From NCBI GenBank assembly GCA_032718475.1, contig JAUCBJ010005321.1:50686-114685 (forward strand): a DNA stretch of 64,000 nucleotides, written 5' to 3'. This document shows positions 1 through 13,100 of the stretch, piece by piece (the stretch's first letter is position 1; each line of letters opens with the position of its first letter). The notes under the pieces are model-generated. The model did not search any database. It was not told the origin of the DNA and saw only the letters and a program-made list of their open reading frames with translations. Source of the stretch: Nemertoderma westbladi. Taxonomy: Eukaryota; Animalia; Xenacoelomorpha. The translations under genes were made by a program, and so were the position numbers.

Positions 1-855
1 AATTCACATATATGGCGCATTCTTTAGGAATGCTTCTTTAACAGACTCACTCATACACAATGCTGCACAATACTGCACACTAATCTGCCGATCTTCACTG
101 ATTTTAGTCACACATAAAAGGAACACAGACTGACTCATGTAGGGTCTATCAAATAACATTAGATTCACTTCAAACCACTTTAACATAAGTCACAATCGTT
201 TATCTGTAACCTTTCTCTCTTACCTTCGGTATATCAAGAATATTGGGTGTCGGGGTTATTTCTCGTTATTCCAATATAATAATTCATCAACAAATATAAT
301 GAATAACCGACAACAAATAGCAGTATGCAATATTCACAAAGCCAGTTATGCAGTACTGCAGTATGCAGTGATTACGAAATTGCAGAGTGTTTGTTTCGTC
401 AGTTAAAGGATATATGTCCTTGTAATTAAACCTACTAGTGTTGAGCTAAAAAGCATAAAACATAAAACACTAAAAGCCGTTCTTTCGTGGCTTTGAAAAA
501 CTCGTGACTACTGCTCTATACGAGTATACCAACCACTCTTATTCCACGAAGCTCCCGTTCAACACAGAGAAAGAGCAGTGAGATAGGAAATTTTCAGTTC
601 AGTACTCTGTGATTGGTCAAAATCAAGGCTAACTCAAAATTCTATTGGGAGATACAAAAACAAGGCTATGACGCAACCTCCCTAGGCTTGTTGGCCGATT
701 AAACAGAGCCCAGATGCCTGCGTACAGCAAATCAGCCAATAAGCTGGTAACTTGCACTATTTTTAGCTGTAGATCACTTTGAGAGTATTCTTAGCGACTG
801 GGGGGGAACTGGCCAACAAGGCAAACGAATCAGTTATCCCACAAAAGCTTTTACA
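1..855 (-). mobile_element. Partial LTR of the same Bel/Pao family (element C; 5' LTR or solo LTR running off the window start)
   Basis: 1-~450 aligns with 42385-42825 and 52950-53350. It ends in GCTTTTACA at 847-855 (TGTAAAAGC on minus, the same start as the other LTRs). No polypurine tract is adjacent, so it is not a 3' LTR. Confidence 0.88.
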
Positions 856-981
856 AATAGAAATCAAATAACAATTGGACCACACAATTAAAAACTCGCA
901 CAATTTTGTACTTATTATATCGCTTCAAATTAATTCAACAGTGGATATTTGGGGGAAGGGGGAAGTTACAGTGTGCATTCG

Positions 982-1028
982 GGGGAAGTTTGGTGAACTG
1001 CATTTATGCAGTGAATCCAAACTTCCCC
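982..1028. repeat. Short inverted repeat/hairpin, possibly a MITE remnant
   Basis: GGGGAAGTTTGG...CCAAACTTCCCC arms enclose an inner ACTGCAT-TT-ATGCAGT stem. Confidence 0.5.
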
Positions 1029-1589
1029 CTTTGATATATCATATACTTAAGACATGCTAGGGTGACGGGGAAATATTTGTTACTGTCACACTTTGCTTCC
1101 ATTTATCCTATCCTTTATTATTACCCCAGTCAGATAAGAGATAATAAATCAGTAAAAACTAAACTAAACTGTCTTTCATGCAAACAAATTTCTAACTAAA
1201 GACGGGTGAATGACCATGACCATGGAAATAATTTTAAATATAATTGTATATCAACTATTTGGGGAGGCTTACAAGTTAAACCCGAAAACAATTATTTTGT
1301 TACATATATAGTAAATAACGTTGTATGTTCTTCTTCCTCTCATAATAAAATATAAATGAAATATCTCAGATCGCTATGCCCTGTAACATTTCACAACCAA
1401 AATATTTAAGTGTGAAAAGTGTAGGCCTACCACACTCCGCCCAAACAACCGCAAACGCATAGCCAACAAATTTAACAAAAGGTTACATACATGTTGGGTT
1501 CATGACGAGATGAGTGAAAATTGATCGCGTAATATAAAGTAAAAAATTAAGAGACGGGCTGGCTCTCCTCCACTTTCTTACCCAATGGA

Positions 1590-2075
1590 TATGTTGTTGT
1601 AATAATCTAATATTGGGGCGGCTTTCTCTCGTTTTATCACTTTGTGTGAGTTTAATGGAGTCTAAAAAATCGTGCATTCGTTATTTAGCGGAATTATTAT
1701 TATTACCAGATTGTCGATCACGAAGTGGGTGCAATCTACGCTCTATCGCTAATCTATGTAGAATTTATTGTATTAAATCTATTACTGTTAACCAAGTTAA
1801 TAAGTTAAATTATCTACCCTGTAATGATGTGGATAATTGGAAAGTTGAATTGTGCAGAGAAATTATTAATTACCGTTCGGATAATATTCCTGGTTTTACC
1901 TCTAGTGAGATTAGTGATATTCTTAATTACGTAACTACGTGCTAATTACATTCAATATATATTTTTCTCTTTATTTACTTAAACATACTTTCATACATGT
2001 GCTGTGCATAGCCTTTAATTACGTTGTACCGTGTCCGTATGGCACGTGTACGAAATTGAATAAAATAAATAAATT
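1590..2075 (+). mobile_element. 5'-truncated 3' end of a non-LTR retrotransposon (ORF2 C-terminus plus tail)
   Basis: ORF 1613-1945 ends ...PGFTSSEISDILNYVTTC*, which resembles invertebrate LINE ORF2 C-termini. A short UTR and an AATAAAATAAATAAAT tail follow at ~2059-2074. Family assignment is recalled similarity only. Confidence 0.5.
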
Positions 2076-2934
2076 GTCTCACCAACAATGCTATTGCACG
2101 TACTAATGCTATTTGCATGGTGCGAAGTAACGTAATCACCAACAATATAAGTTAAGTTACACAGTAATAATACGGAGTAAAATAGAGAGAAGAAGTTATA
2201 GAGAGGTACATTTATTGTAGAAATGCACCTGTAGAATAAACTAGTCTCCTAAAACATAATCTTATATACTTCAATAAATTTGCACCAATATCTGACTACT
2301 CTCCAATATAGGTTACACCTTCACCTGTTGTATACAAATTGCTAGTTACTTCCTCTCAGCCGTGAGTGACCTGGTATTTCCCATATGTACTAATGGTCCC
2401 CTTCTATAGTCACGAATAACCAAATGCATTGTCCTTACCGTATTATTGCATTCCCACTGTAGTTTATTGCATCATTGTTCGTTCTGCTGATACATATTTA
2501 ACATTCTAATATGCGTTCACACCTTTTAGATGGCTTTATAACCGTGTCATACCATCACTCACGCTATAGCCAATAAGTCATCTCCGGTTATTACTCTCAT
2601 AATCATGTCATTTTTTGCATTACATGTTCTCGGTTATTCTCGTATATTGGTTTGGGATTACTTCACTAACAGTGCCGCAATGAGGCGATGGCTTAGACTA
2701 AGTCTGTAATAGAGACTAGACTGTAATATGCTAACAATCAGGGACATTTACAGTGGGCGTAATGGTAAGCATTCTACGAGAACTAATTTAATGCACTGAG
2801 AGAAGATATATGTAATGTGAACAATGAGAAAAATCAATCAAAAAGGTAAAACAATCGACAAAAATATAACCAAGAGTACTTATTTAACAACAATATGAAC
2901 AATTCAATATTTAAAAAAAGAGTGAGAAATATAA

Positions 2935-4060
2935 CAATTTTAAGGAAACAACTAGTTACAGATTAGTAAAAATATGTTTTTTTAATGATGAAACAAAAGT
3001 ATAATATTTTGATTTTTTAGTTATAAAATTAGTAGGCAACGAATTCCAGATGGTGGACACCTAAAACACATTGATCTTTGGGAAGAAGTTAGATGGAACA
3101 GAGGGATTGTAAAGTTATCATTAGTTACAGAACGTGTTTAGTAATGGTGGACTGCTGATCGTTTTTTAAATAATTGGCCTAAGATGGATTGTGGGTTAAT
3201 AGTTTTTGTGTTGACGTCGTACATGAATGTGGTAACCTTAAGATCATATAATTTATTGAGAGGTGATTTGTAATGTGAGAAGGTAATACATCGTAAAAGC
3301 TTATTTATTTTAATAGTTAAAGGTTCCAGTGCTGTTGCGTGAGTACTTCCCCAAAGTAATAACGCGTAATTAATGTGTGGGTGTATTAATGAAAAATATA
3401 GCTTTTGCAGAATAATAAGGGGAACTATATGTCTCAGTTTCAGTTTGAAAAATATACCTGTGGATTTGGCGATTTTTTTAAGTGTGTAGTTTACGTGAGT
3501 TTTCCAATCTAGTTTAGAGTCGATCCATATGTATTTTTGTACATAAGTTGTCGATTGTAATGTCAGGATAGGTTGTTGGGATAGTTTTAGTAAACATTGT
3601 AAATTCCGTTTTTTTGAAGTTCAGCAGTAGGCCCTAGCTTGTTGTCGTTTTTAACCAGTCAAATAGTTTTTCTAATTTTGTATTTGTGTTGATTATTAGC
3701 TGATTATAATTTCTACGTGAATTTAAAAGTGTTGTGTCGTCTGCTAATACAGTAGAGTGGATAATAGAGAAGTTACAAACTGGTAGCGATCTGGCAGAAA
3801 GTTAGAAATTAATTAGAGTGGAAGACCTCTGATACCATAACATTCGAGTTTATTCAGTAATATTTTATGATCTATGGTATCAAAGGCCTTTTTCAGGTCT
3901 TATGTAAACTGCACAAGCGTTATTGTTGGAGTCTAATATTGTGTGGATTCTTTCAATAATGGAGAGTATAGTGCATGCGTGGTTGAAGTCTTTGGTCGAA
4001 AACCATATTGAGAAGTAGTAATAATTGAGTATTTATCTAAATATGTTTGTAGTTGTTGGG
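2935..4060 (-). pseudogene. Decayed CR1/L2-group LINE reverse transcriptase
   Basis: Minus-strand motifs DLKKAFDTIDH (~3868-3900), GIRG, ADDT (~3733-3745) and IDSKLDWKTHV...KIAKSTGIF...LYFSLIHPHINYALLLWGST. Broken by stops, frameshifts and a deletion. Confidence 0.85.
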
Positions 4061-4255
4061 GTCAGATTGACTTTCTTCTTGACGCCGCTTGGAAAACTAA
4101 CTCGAGCAGCAACCGTGATTTATTTTTGAACTGTTTTTCCACCAACCAGACTAAAGAATCCAGGATTGTGTTGGATGCTACATTATATGGCACTAACAGT
4201 ATAGGAGCGGCAATAATATCTCGTCTCAGCGAATTAACAATTAATAATAACTAAC

Positions 4256-4453
4256 GGGTGATTAAGTCCGTGTGCTATTAAATTGGAACTAATGACTTTC
4301 ACAATTAGAACTACTGACTCTTTGATTAGAACTACTGGTGCATCCTGTTTAGAACATATGGTGCCCGGTTTAGAACTAAGAGACTATTCCATTGCAGAAC
4401 TACTAATGACGTTTACGGTTTGGAACTAAAGTACTTTAGAACCAACGACACCC
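4256..4453. repeat. Degenerate ~22-bp subrepeat array (core TAGAACTA), possible small non-autonomous DNA element
   Basis: About 8 spaced AGAAC/GGAAC-cored motifs, bounded by GGGTG...CACCC. Confidence 0.4.
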
Positions 4454-4499
4454 AATCGTTTTTACCTGCCTGTCTACCTAATTTTGGTCTAACATACGA

Positions 4500-5343
4500 T
4501 TATAAACCCCTTCACTTTGTTTTCTAAAGGAATGCCCATTCACCACCATGGGTAATCTTCCACAGTAAACCGTTCCACTCTGTTTCCTAAAGGAATGCCT
4601 CTTCGCCAACATGGGTGATCTTCCATAGTAAACCCTTCCACTCTGTTTCCTAAAGGAATGCCTGTTCACCACCACTGGTGATCTTCCACAGTAAATCCTT
4701 CCACTCTGTTTCCTAAAGGAATGCCTGTTCACCACCATGGGTGATCTTCCACAGTAAACCCTTCCACTCTGTTTCCTAAAGGAATGCCTGTTCACCACCA
4801 TGGGTGATCTTCCACAGTAAACCCTTCCACTGTGTTTCCTAGAGGAATGCCTGTTCACCACCATGGGTGATCTTCCACAGTAAACCCTTCCACTCTGTTT
4901 CCTAAAGGAATGCCTGTTCACCACCATGGGTGATCTTCCACAGTAAACCCTTCCACTCGGTTTCCTAAAGGAATGTCTGTTCACCACCATGGGTGATCTT
5001 CCACAGTAAACCCTTCCACTATGTTTCCTAGAGGAATGCCTGTTCACCACCATGGGTGATCTTCCACAGTAAACCCTTCCACTCTGTTTCCTAAAGGAAT
5101 GCCTATTCACCACCATGGGTGACCTTCCACAGTAAACCCCTCCACTCTGTTTTCTAAAGGAATGCCTATTCACCACCATGGGTGATCTTCCACAGTAAAC
5201 CCTTCCACTCTGTTTCCAAAAGGAATGTCTGTTCACCACCATGTGTGATCTTCCACAGTAAAGCCTTCCACTATGTTTCCTAAAGGAATGCCTGTTAATC
5301 ACCATGGGTGATCTTCCACAGTAAACCCTTCCGCTCTGTTTCC
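4500..5343. repeat. 63-bp minisatellite, ~13 copies
   Basis: Unit AAACCCTTCCACTCTGTTTCCTAAAGGAATGCCTGTTCACCACCATGGGTGATCTTCCACAGT. ORF 4478-5305 is its 21-aa periodic translation. Confidence 0.97.
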
Positions 5344-5410
5344 CAGGTTACCTTGTTTCACATTTATCGACCAGTCAAGGATGAAAGCCTGGGTCGGGCT
5401 TGGCTGCAGC
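5344..5410 (-). mobile_element. SINE-like central-domain fragment
   Basis: Minus strand reads GACCCAGGCTTTCATCCTTGACTGGTCGATAAATG, matching 41918-41965 (CACTCAGCCTTTCATCCAATGGGGTCGATAAATTG) and resembling a conserved metazoan SINE central domain. Confidence 0.55.
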
Positions 5411-6766
5411 ATTTAATGCAATGCGCCTAAACATGTCACAATACTGTAATTCAAGCCCATTCACACCTGGTGAATGTTTTTTTAAGAAGGAATAGATGAG
5501 GCCTACAGTTACTTTACTAGCCAGTGCGTATATCTGCTTTCCAGAAATGGTATAGTAGCTAAATGAGTAACTGGTGTTGCCGCTGGGGAATATACAGGGA
5601 CGGTTTATTACTAATTTACAATTAATGTATAGATGTTCAGGAGAAAATGTACAAAAATATTATTAAATATTTTTATAATTCTACAAAAATATATGAAAAT
5701 ATTTCACCAATATTGCTACTTTATATATAATATATTGCAACAAAATGTTGTAACAAACTTACCTTTATTTGTAGATAAGTTTTTCTTTCGTCAGGATCTT
5801 TGGAGCTGAAAAAATTGTTCAACAATATTTGAATAAATTCTACGACTCTGTGATTTTAGAACGTAAAGTTTACTGATTGACACACTGTCGTGTCACATGT
5901 TCATTTTATGTCGTTTGTAAATGAACTTTATTTCTTCAAATATGGGTTTGTTAAAATTCAGTTCATCAATTAATGCGCTGTGTGTTCCAAGGGAGATATT
6001 ATCTATCGCAAATATCTCTGTAATAGGATGTTTGTCATCTTGTACTTAGGGGGTGTGTATGTAGAAATCACCTCATTGTAAAATCATGAATATGACTCAG
6101 ATCCTGGGAACCAATGATATTCGCGGAAGTTTCCTCCCATAAGATAACAGTAACAACGATTCTATTATCTTATTATCTTAAAAAAAATACCCAGAATATT
6201 TGATGATTATTTCACAGAATAGATATTCATCGCCTAAAAGGAATTCATATGAGGTCAATGTTATTGTTACCAATCCTCAACGTCAAATCAATGTTACCAA
6301 TTCTCAACTGCCTTTGTATCGAGCTGTTTATATTTATTACCCCCATCAGAGTCAGAGTGAACTTTATTTTAACTGAATATTGAATATGCTCAAACGAGCA
6401 CCATTCATTCCCTTCCAACTAATCTGGTTATTGAAAATTCCATAGCACCGAAACAGCACACTGAGGTGCAATTAGAAATTCTTATAAACATGGACAACAA
6501 AAAAGTGTAAATTACTAGAACTGCTGGATCTCATGTCTGCCTCCAACACCGTCGACCACCATTGTCTTCTGCATGTTTTCGAATCTGACCTTAATTTGCG
6601 GTGCATGTCTACGTTGGTTCATATGTTTGGGATTATGTCTTTCCCCAGCATAATCCTGTCACTACTATATAATAATAGTAATTCATAATATAATATATAT
6701 ATATAATATATAATAATGGTAATTTATTGCATCAGGGGTATCTTTCAATTTATTGAGCACCACTAA

Positions 6767-6840
6767 ATCGGGGTTTACATTAACGCACACAGCTTGGTGG
6801 GTCGTCGTCGGTGCATAGAAGCACCAAGCTTGATGCACAC
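6767..6840 (+). repeat. Left arm of an imperfect inverted repeat (DNA-transposon-like end) paired with 40345-40420
   Basis: TAA|ATCGGGGTTTACATTAACGCACACAGCTTGGTG versus the reverse complement of the right arm, TAA|AGCCCGGTTCGGATTAACGCACCCAGCTTGGTG. Confidence 0.6.
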
Positions 6841-7125
6841 GAACTATATAACACTTCCCTATTTACATTAAGTCACCATAGTCGGCGCATTTGAAATCAG
6901 TTTCTGCAAATTTTATAATATTTGCAATACATATAATAATAATATATTAATATTATAAAATACAACTGTATATAAATATTGATTATACTGTATATATATT
7001 ACTAATAATGTATAATACTAATACTAATATACTGTATAATATATGTATTATGTCGACTAGACGGCGCATACTTATCGCCGCTGCTGGCTGGCATAGCATG
7101 CCTGGCCGCACGTGAAGCCCATCAA

Positions 7126-10100
7126 GAATCAAAGCGGCGTTGGTTGGTGAAACCAGAGACTTTTCATAGTGAATCAAAGCGGCGTTGGTTGCTGAAACCA
7201 GAGACTATTCATAGTGAATCAAAGCGGCGTTGGTTGGTGAAACCAGAGACTATTCATAGTGAATCAAAGCGGCGTTGGTTGCTGAAACCAGAGACTATTC
7301 ATAGTGAATCAAAGCGGCGTTGGTTGCTGAAACCAGAGACTATTCATAGTGAATCAAAGCGGCGTTGGTTGGTGAAACCAGAGACTATTCATAGTGAATC
7401 AAAGCGGCGTTGGTTGCTGAAACCAGAGACTATTCATAATGAATCAAAGCGGCGTTGGTTGCTGAAACCAGAGACTATTCATAGTGAATCAAAGCGGCGT
7501 TGGTTGCTGAAACCAGAGACTATTCATAGTGAATCAAAGCGGCGTTGGTTGGTGAAACCAGAGACTATTCATAGTGAATCAAAGCGGCGTTGGTTGCTGA
7601 AACCAGAGACTATTCATAGTGAATCAAAGCGGCGTTGGTTGGTGAAACCAGAGACTATTCATAGTGAATCAAAGCGGCGTTGGTTGGTGAAACCAGAGAC
7701 TATTCATAGTGAATCAAAGCGGCGTTGGTTGCTGAAACCAGAGACTATTCATAGTGAATCAAAGCGGCGTTGGTTGGTGAAACCAGAGACTATTCATAGT
7801 GAATCAAAGCGGCGTTGGTTGCTGAAACCAGAGACTATTCATAGTGAATCAAAGCGGCGTTGGTTGCTGAAACCAGAGACTATTCATAGTGAATCAAAGC
7901 GGCGTTGGTTGGTGAAACCAGAGACTATTCATAGTGAATCAAAGCGGCGTTGGTTGCTGAAACCAGAGACTATTCATAGTGAATCAAAGCGGCGTTGGTT
8001 GCTGAAACCAGAGACTATTCATAGTGAATCAAAGCGGCGTTGGTTGGTGAAACCAGAGACTATTCATAGTGAATCAAAGCGGCGTTGGTTGCTGAAACCA
8101 GAGACTATTCATAGTGAATCAAAGCGGCGTTGGTTGGTGAAACCAGAGACTATTCATAGTGAATCAAAGCGGCGTTGGTTGCTGAAACCAGAGACTATTC
8201 ATAGTGAATCAAAGCGGCGTTGGTTGCTGAAACCAGAGACTATTCATAGTGAATCAAAGCGGCGTTGGTTGCTGAAACCAGAGACTATTCATAGTGAATC
8301 AAAGCGGCGTTGGTTGGTGAAACCAGAGACTATTCATAGTGAATCAAAGCGGCGTTGGTTGGTGAAACCAGAGACTATTCATAGTGAATCAAAGCGGCGT
8401 TGGTTGCTGAAACCAGAGACTATTCATAGTGAATCAAAGCGGCGTTGGTTGCTGAAACCAGAGACTATTCATAGTGAATCAAAGCGGCGTTGGTTGGTGA
8501 AACCAGAGACTATTCATAGTGAATCAAAGCGGCGTTGGTTGGTGAAACCAGAGACTATTCATAGTGAATCAAAGCGGCGTTGGTTGCTGAAACCAGAGAC
8601 TATTCATAGTGAATCAAAGCGGCGTTGGTTGCTGAAACCAGAGACTATTCATAGTGAATCAAAGCGGCGTTGGTTGCTGAAACCAGAGACTATTCATAGT
8701 GAATCAAAGCGGCGTTGGTTGGTGAAACCAGAGACTATTCATAGTGAATCAAAGCGGCGTTGGTTGCTGAAACCAGAGACTATTCATAGTGAATCAAAGC
8801 GGCGTTGGTTGCTGAAACCAGAGACTATTCATAGTGAATCAAAGCGGCGTTGGTTGCTGAAACCAGAGACTATTCATAGTGAATCAAAGCGGCGTTGGTT
8901 GGTGAAACCAGAGACTATTCATAGTGAATCAAAGCGGCGTTGGTTGCTGAAACCAGAGACTATTCATAGTGAATCAAAGCGGCGTTGGTTGCTGAAACCA
9001 GAGACTATTCATAGTGAATCAAAGCGGCGTTGGTTGGTGAAACCAGAGACTATTCATAGTGAATCAAAGCGGCGTTGGTTGGTGAAACCAGAGACTATTC
9101 ATAGTGAATCAAAGCGGCGTTGGTTGCTGAAACCAGAGACTATTCATAGTGAATCAAAGCGGCGTTGGTTGGTGAAACCAGAGACTATTCATAGTGAATC
9201 AAAGCGGCGTTGGTTGGTGAAACCAGAGACTATTCATAGTGAATCAAAGCGGCGTTGGTTGCTGAAACCAGAGACTATTCATAGTGAATCAAAGCGGCGT
9301 TGGTTGGTGAAACCAGAGACTATTCATAGTGAATCAAAGCGGCGTTGGTTGCTGAAACCAGAGACTATTCATAGTGAATCAAAGCGGCGTTGGTTGCTGA
9401 AACCAGAGACTATTCATAGTGAATCAAAGCGGCGTTGGTTGCTGAAACCAGAGACTATTCATAGTGAATCAAAGCGGCGTTGGTTGGTGAAACCAGAGAC
9501 TATTCATAGTGAATCAAAGCGGCGTTGGTTGCTGAAACCAGAGACTATTCATAGTGAATCAAAGCGGCGTTGGTTGGTGAAACCAGAGACTATTCATAGT
9601 GAATCAAAGCGGCGTTGGTTGGTGAAACCAGAGACTATTCATAGTGAATCAAAGCGGCGTTGGTTGGTGAAACCAGAGACTATTCATAGTGAATCAAAGC
9701 GGCGTTGGTTGGTGAAACCAGAGACTATTCATAGTGAATCAAAGCGGCGTTGGTTGGTGAAACCAGAGACTATTCATAGTGAATCAAAGCGGCGTTGGTT
9801 GGTGAAACCAGAGACTATTCATAGTGAATCAAAGCGGCGTTGGTTGCTGAAACCAGAGACTATTCATAGTGAATCAAAGCGGCGTTGGTTGGTGAAACCA
9901 GAGACTATTCATAGTGAATCAAAGCGGCGTTGGTTGGTGAAACCAGAGACTATTCATAGTGAATCAAAGCGGCGTTGGTTGGTGAAACCAGAGACTATTC
10001 ATAGTGAATCAAAGCGGCGTTGGTTGGTGAAACCAGAGACTATTCATAGTGAATCAAAGCGGCGTTGGTTGCTGAAACCAGAGACTATTCATAGTGAATC

Positions 10101-13100
10101 AAAGCGGCGTTGGTTGGTGAAACCAGAGACTATTCATAGTGAATCAAAGCGGCGTTGGTTGGTGAAACCAGAGACTATTCATAGTGAATCAAAGCGGCGT
10201 TGGTTGGTGAAACCAGAGACTATTCATAGTGAATCAAAGCGGCGTTGGTTGGTGAAACCAGAGACTATTCATAGTGAATCAAAGCGGCGTTGGTTGGTGA
10301 AACCAGAGACTATTCATAGTGAATCAAAGCGGCGTTGGTTGGTGAAACCAGAGACTATTCATAGTGAATCAAAGCGGCGTTGGTTGCTGAAACCAGAGAC
10401 TATTCATAGTGAATCAAAGCGGCGTTGGTTGGTGAAACCAGAGACTATTCATAGTGAATCAAAGCGGCGTTGGTTGGTGAAACCAGAGACTATTCATAGT
10501 GAATCAAAGCGGCGTTGGTTGGTGAAACCAGAGACTATTCATAGTGAATCAAAGCGGCGTTGGTTGGTGAAACCAGAGACTATTCATAGTGAATCAAAGC
10601 GGCGTTGGTTGCTGAAACCAGAGACTATTCATAGTGAATCAAAGCGGCGTTGGTTGGTGAAACCAGAGACTATTCATAGTGAATCAAAGCGGCGTTGGTT
10701 GGTGAAACCAGAGACTATTCATAGTGAATCAAAGCGGCGTTGGTTGCTGAAACCAGAGACTATTCATAGTGAATCAAAGCGGCGTTGGTTGGTGAAACCA
10801 GAGACTATTCATAGTGAATCAAAGCGGCGTTGGTTGCTGAAACCAGAGACTATTCATAGTGAATCAAAGCGGCGTTGGTTGCTGAAACCAGAGACTATTC
10901 ATAGTGAATCAAAGCGGCGTTGGTTGGTGAAACCAGAGACTATTCATAGTGAATCAAAGCGGCGTTGGTTGCTGAAACCAGAGACTATTCATAGTGAATC
11001 AAAGCGGCGTTGGTTGCTGAAACCAGAGACTATTCATAGTGAATCAAAGCGGCGTTGGTTGGTGAAACCAGAGACTATTCATAGTGAATCAAAGCGGCGT
11101 TGGTTGGTGAAACCAGAGACTATTCATAGTGAATCAAAGCGGCGTTGGTTGGTGAAACCAGAGACTATTCATAGTGAATCAAAGCGGCGTTGGTTGCTGA
11201 AACCAGAGACTATTCATAGTGAATCAAAGCGGCGTTGGTTGCTGAAACCAGAGACTATTCATAGTGAATCAAAGCGGCGTTGGTTGGTGAAACCAGAGAC
11301 TATTCATAGTGAATCAAAGCGGCGTTGGTTGCTGAAACCAGAGACTATTCATAGTGAATCAAAGCGGCGTTGGTTGCTGAAACCAGAGACTATTCATAGT
11401 GAATCAAAGCGGCGTTGGTTGGTGAAACCAGAGACTATTCATAGTGAATCAAAGCGGCGTTGGTTGCTGAAACCAGAGACTATTCATAGTGAATCAAAGC
11501 GGCGTTGGTTGCTGAAACCAGAGACTATTCATAGTGAATCAAAGCGGCGTTGGTTGCTGAAACCAGAGACTATTCATAGTGAATCAAAGCGGCGTTGGTT
11601 GGTGAAACCAGAGACTATTCATAGTGAATCAAAGCGGCGTTGGTTGCTGAAACCAGAGACTATTCATAGTGAATCAAAGCGGCGTTGGTTGCTGAAACCA
11701 GAGACTATTCATAGTGAATCAAAGCGGCGTTGGTTGCTGAAACCAGAGACTATTCATAGTGAATCAAAGCGGCGTTGGTTGCTGAAACCAGAGACTATTC
11801 ATAGTGAATCAAAGCGGCGTTGGTTGCTGAAACCAGAGACTATTCATAGTGAATCAAAGCGGCGTTGGTTGGTGAAACCAGAGACTATTCATAGTGAATC
11901 AAAGCGGCGTTGGTTGCTGAAACCAGAGACTATTCATAGTGAATCAAAGCGGCGTTGGTTGGTGAAACCAGAGACTATTCATAGTGAATCAAAGCGGCGT
12001 TGGTTGGTGAAACCAGAGACTATTCATAGTGAATCAAAGCGGCGTTGGTTGCTGAAACCAGAGACTATTCATAGTGAATCAAAGCGGCGTTGGTTGCTGA
12101 AACCAGAGACTATTCATAGTGAATCAAAGCGGCGTTGGTTGGTGAAACCAGAGACTATTCATAGTGAATCAAAGCGGCGTTGGTTGCTGAAACCAGAGAC
12201 TATTCATAGTGAATCAAAGCGGCGTTGGTTGGTGAAACCAGAGACTATTCATAGTGAATCAAAGCGGCGTTGGTTCGTGAAACCAGAGACTATTCATAGT
12301 GAATCAAAGCGGCGTTGGTTGGTGAAACCAGAGACTATTCATAGTGAATCAAAGCGGCGTTGGTTGGTGAAACCAGAGACTATTCATAGTGAATCAAAGC
12401 GGCGTTGGTTGGTGAAACCAGAGACTATTCATAGTGAATCAAAGCGGCGTTGGTTGGTGAAACCAGAGACTATTCATAGTGAATCAAAGCGGCGTTGGTT
12501 GCTGAAACCAGAGACTATTCATAGTGAATCAAAGCGGCGTTGGTTGGTGAAACCAGAGACTATTCATAGTGAATCAAAGCGGCGTTGGTTGCTGAAACCA
12601 GAGACTATTCATAGTGAATCAAAGCGGCGTTGGTTGGTGAAACCAGAGACTATTCATAGTGAATCAAAGCGGCGTTGGTTGGTGAAACCAGAGACTATTC
12701 ATAGTGAATCAAAGCGGCGTTGGTTGGTGAAACCAGAGACTATTCATAGTGAATCAAAGCGGCGTTGGTTGCTGAAACCAGAGACTATTCATAGTGAATC
12801 AAAGCGGCGTTGGTTGCTGAAACCAGAGACTATTCATAGTGAATCAAAGCGGCGTTGGTTGCTGAAACCAGAGACTATTCATAGTGAATCAAAGCGGCGT
12901 TGGTTGCTGAAACCAGAGACTATTCATAGTGAATCAAAGCGGCGTTGGTTGGTGAAACCAGAGACTATTCATAGTGAATCAAAGCGGCGTTGGTTGCTGA
13001 AACCAGAGACTATTCATAGTGAATCAAAGCGGCGTTGGTTGGTGAAACCAGAGACTATTCATAGTGAATCAAAGCGGCGTTGGTTCGTGAAACCAGAGAC

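Noticed and set aside
4478-5305. 275-aa Cys/His/Arg repeat protein (zinc-finger-like)
   Set aside because: It is the translation of a 63-bp minisatellite, with only one Cys and one His per unit and no zinc-finger spacing.
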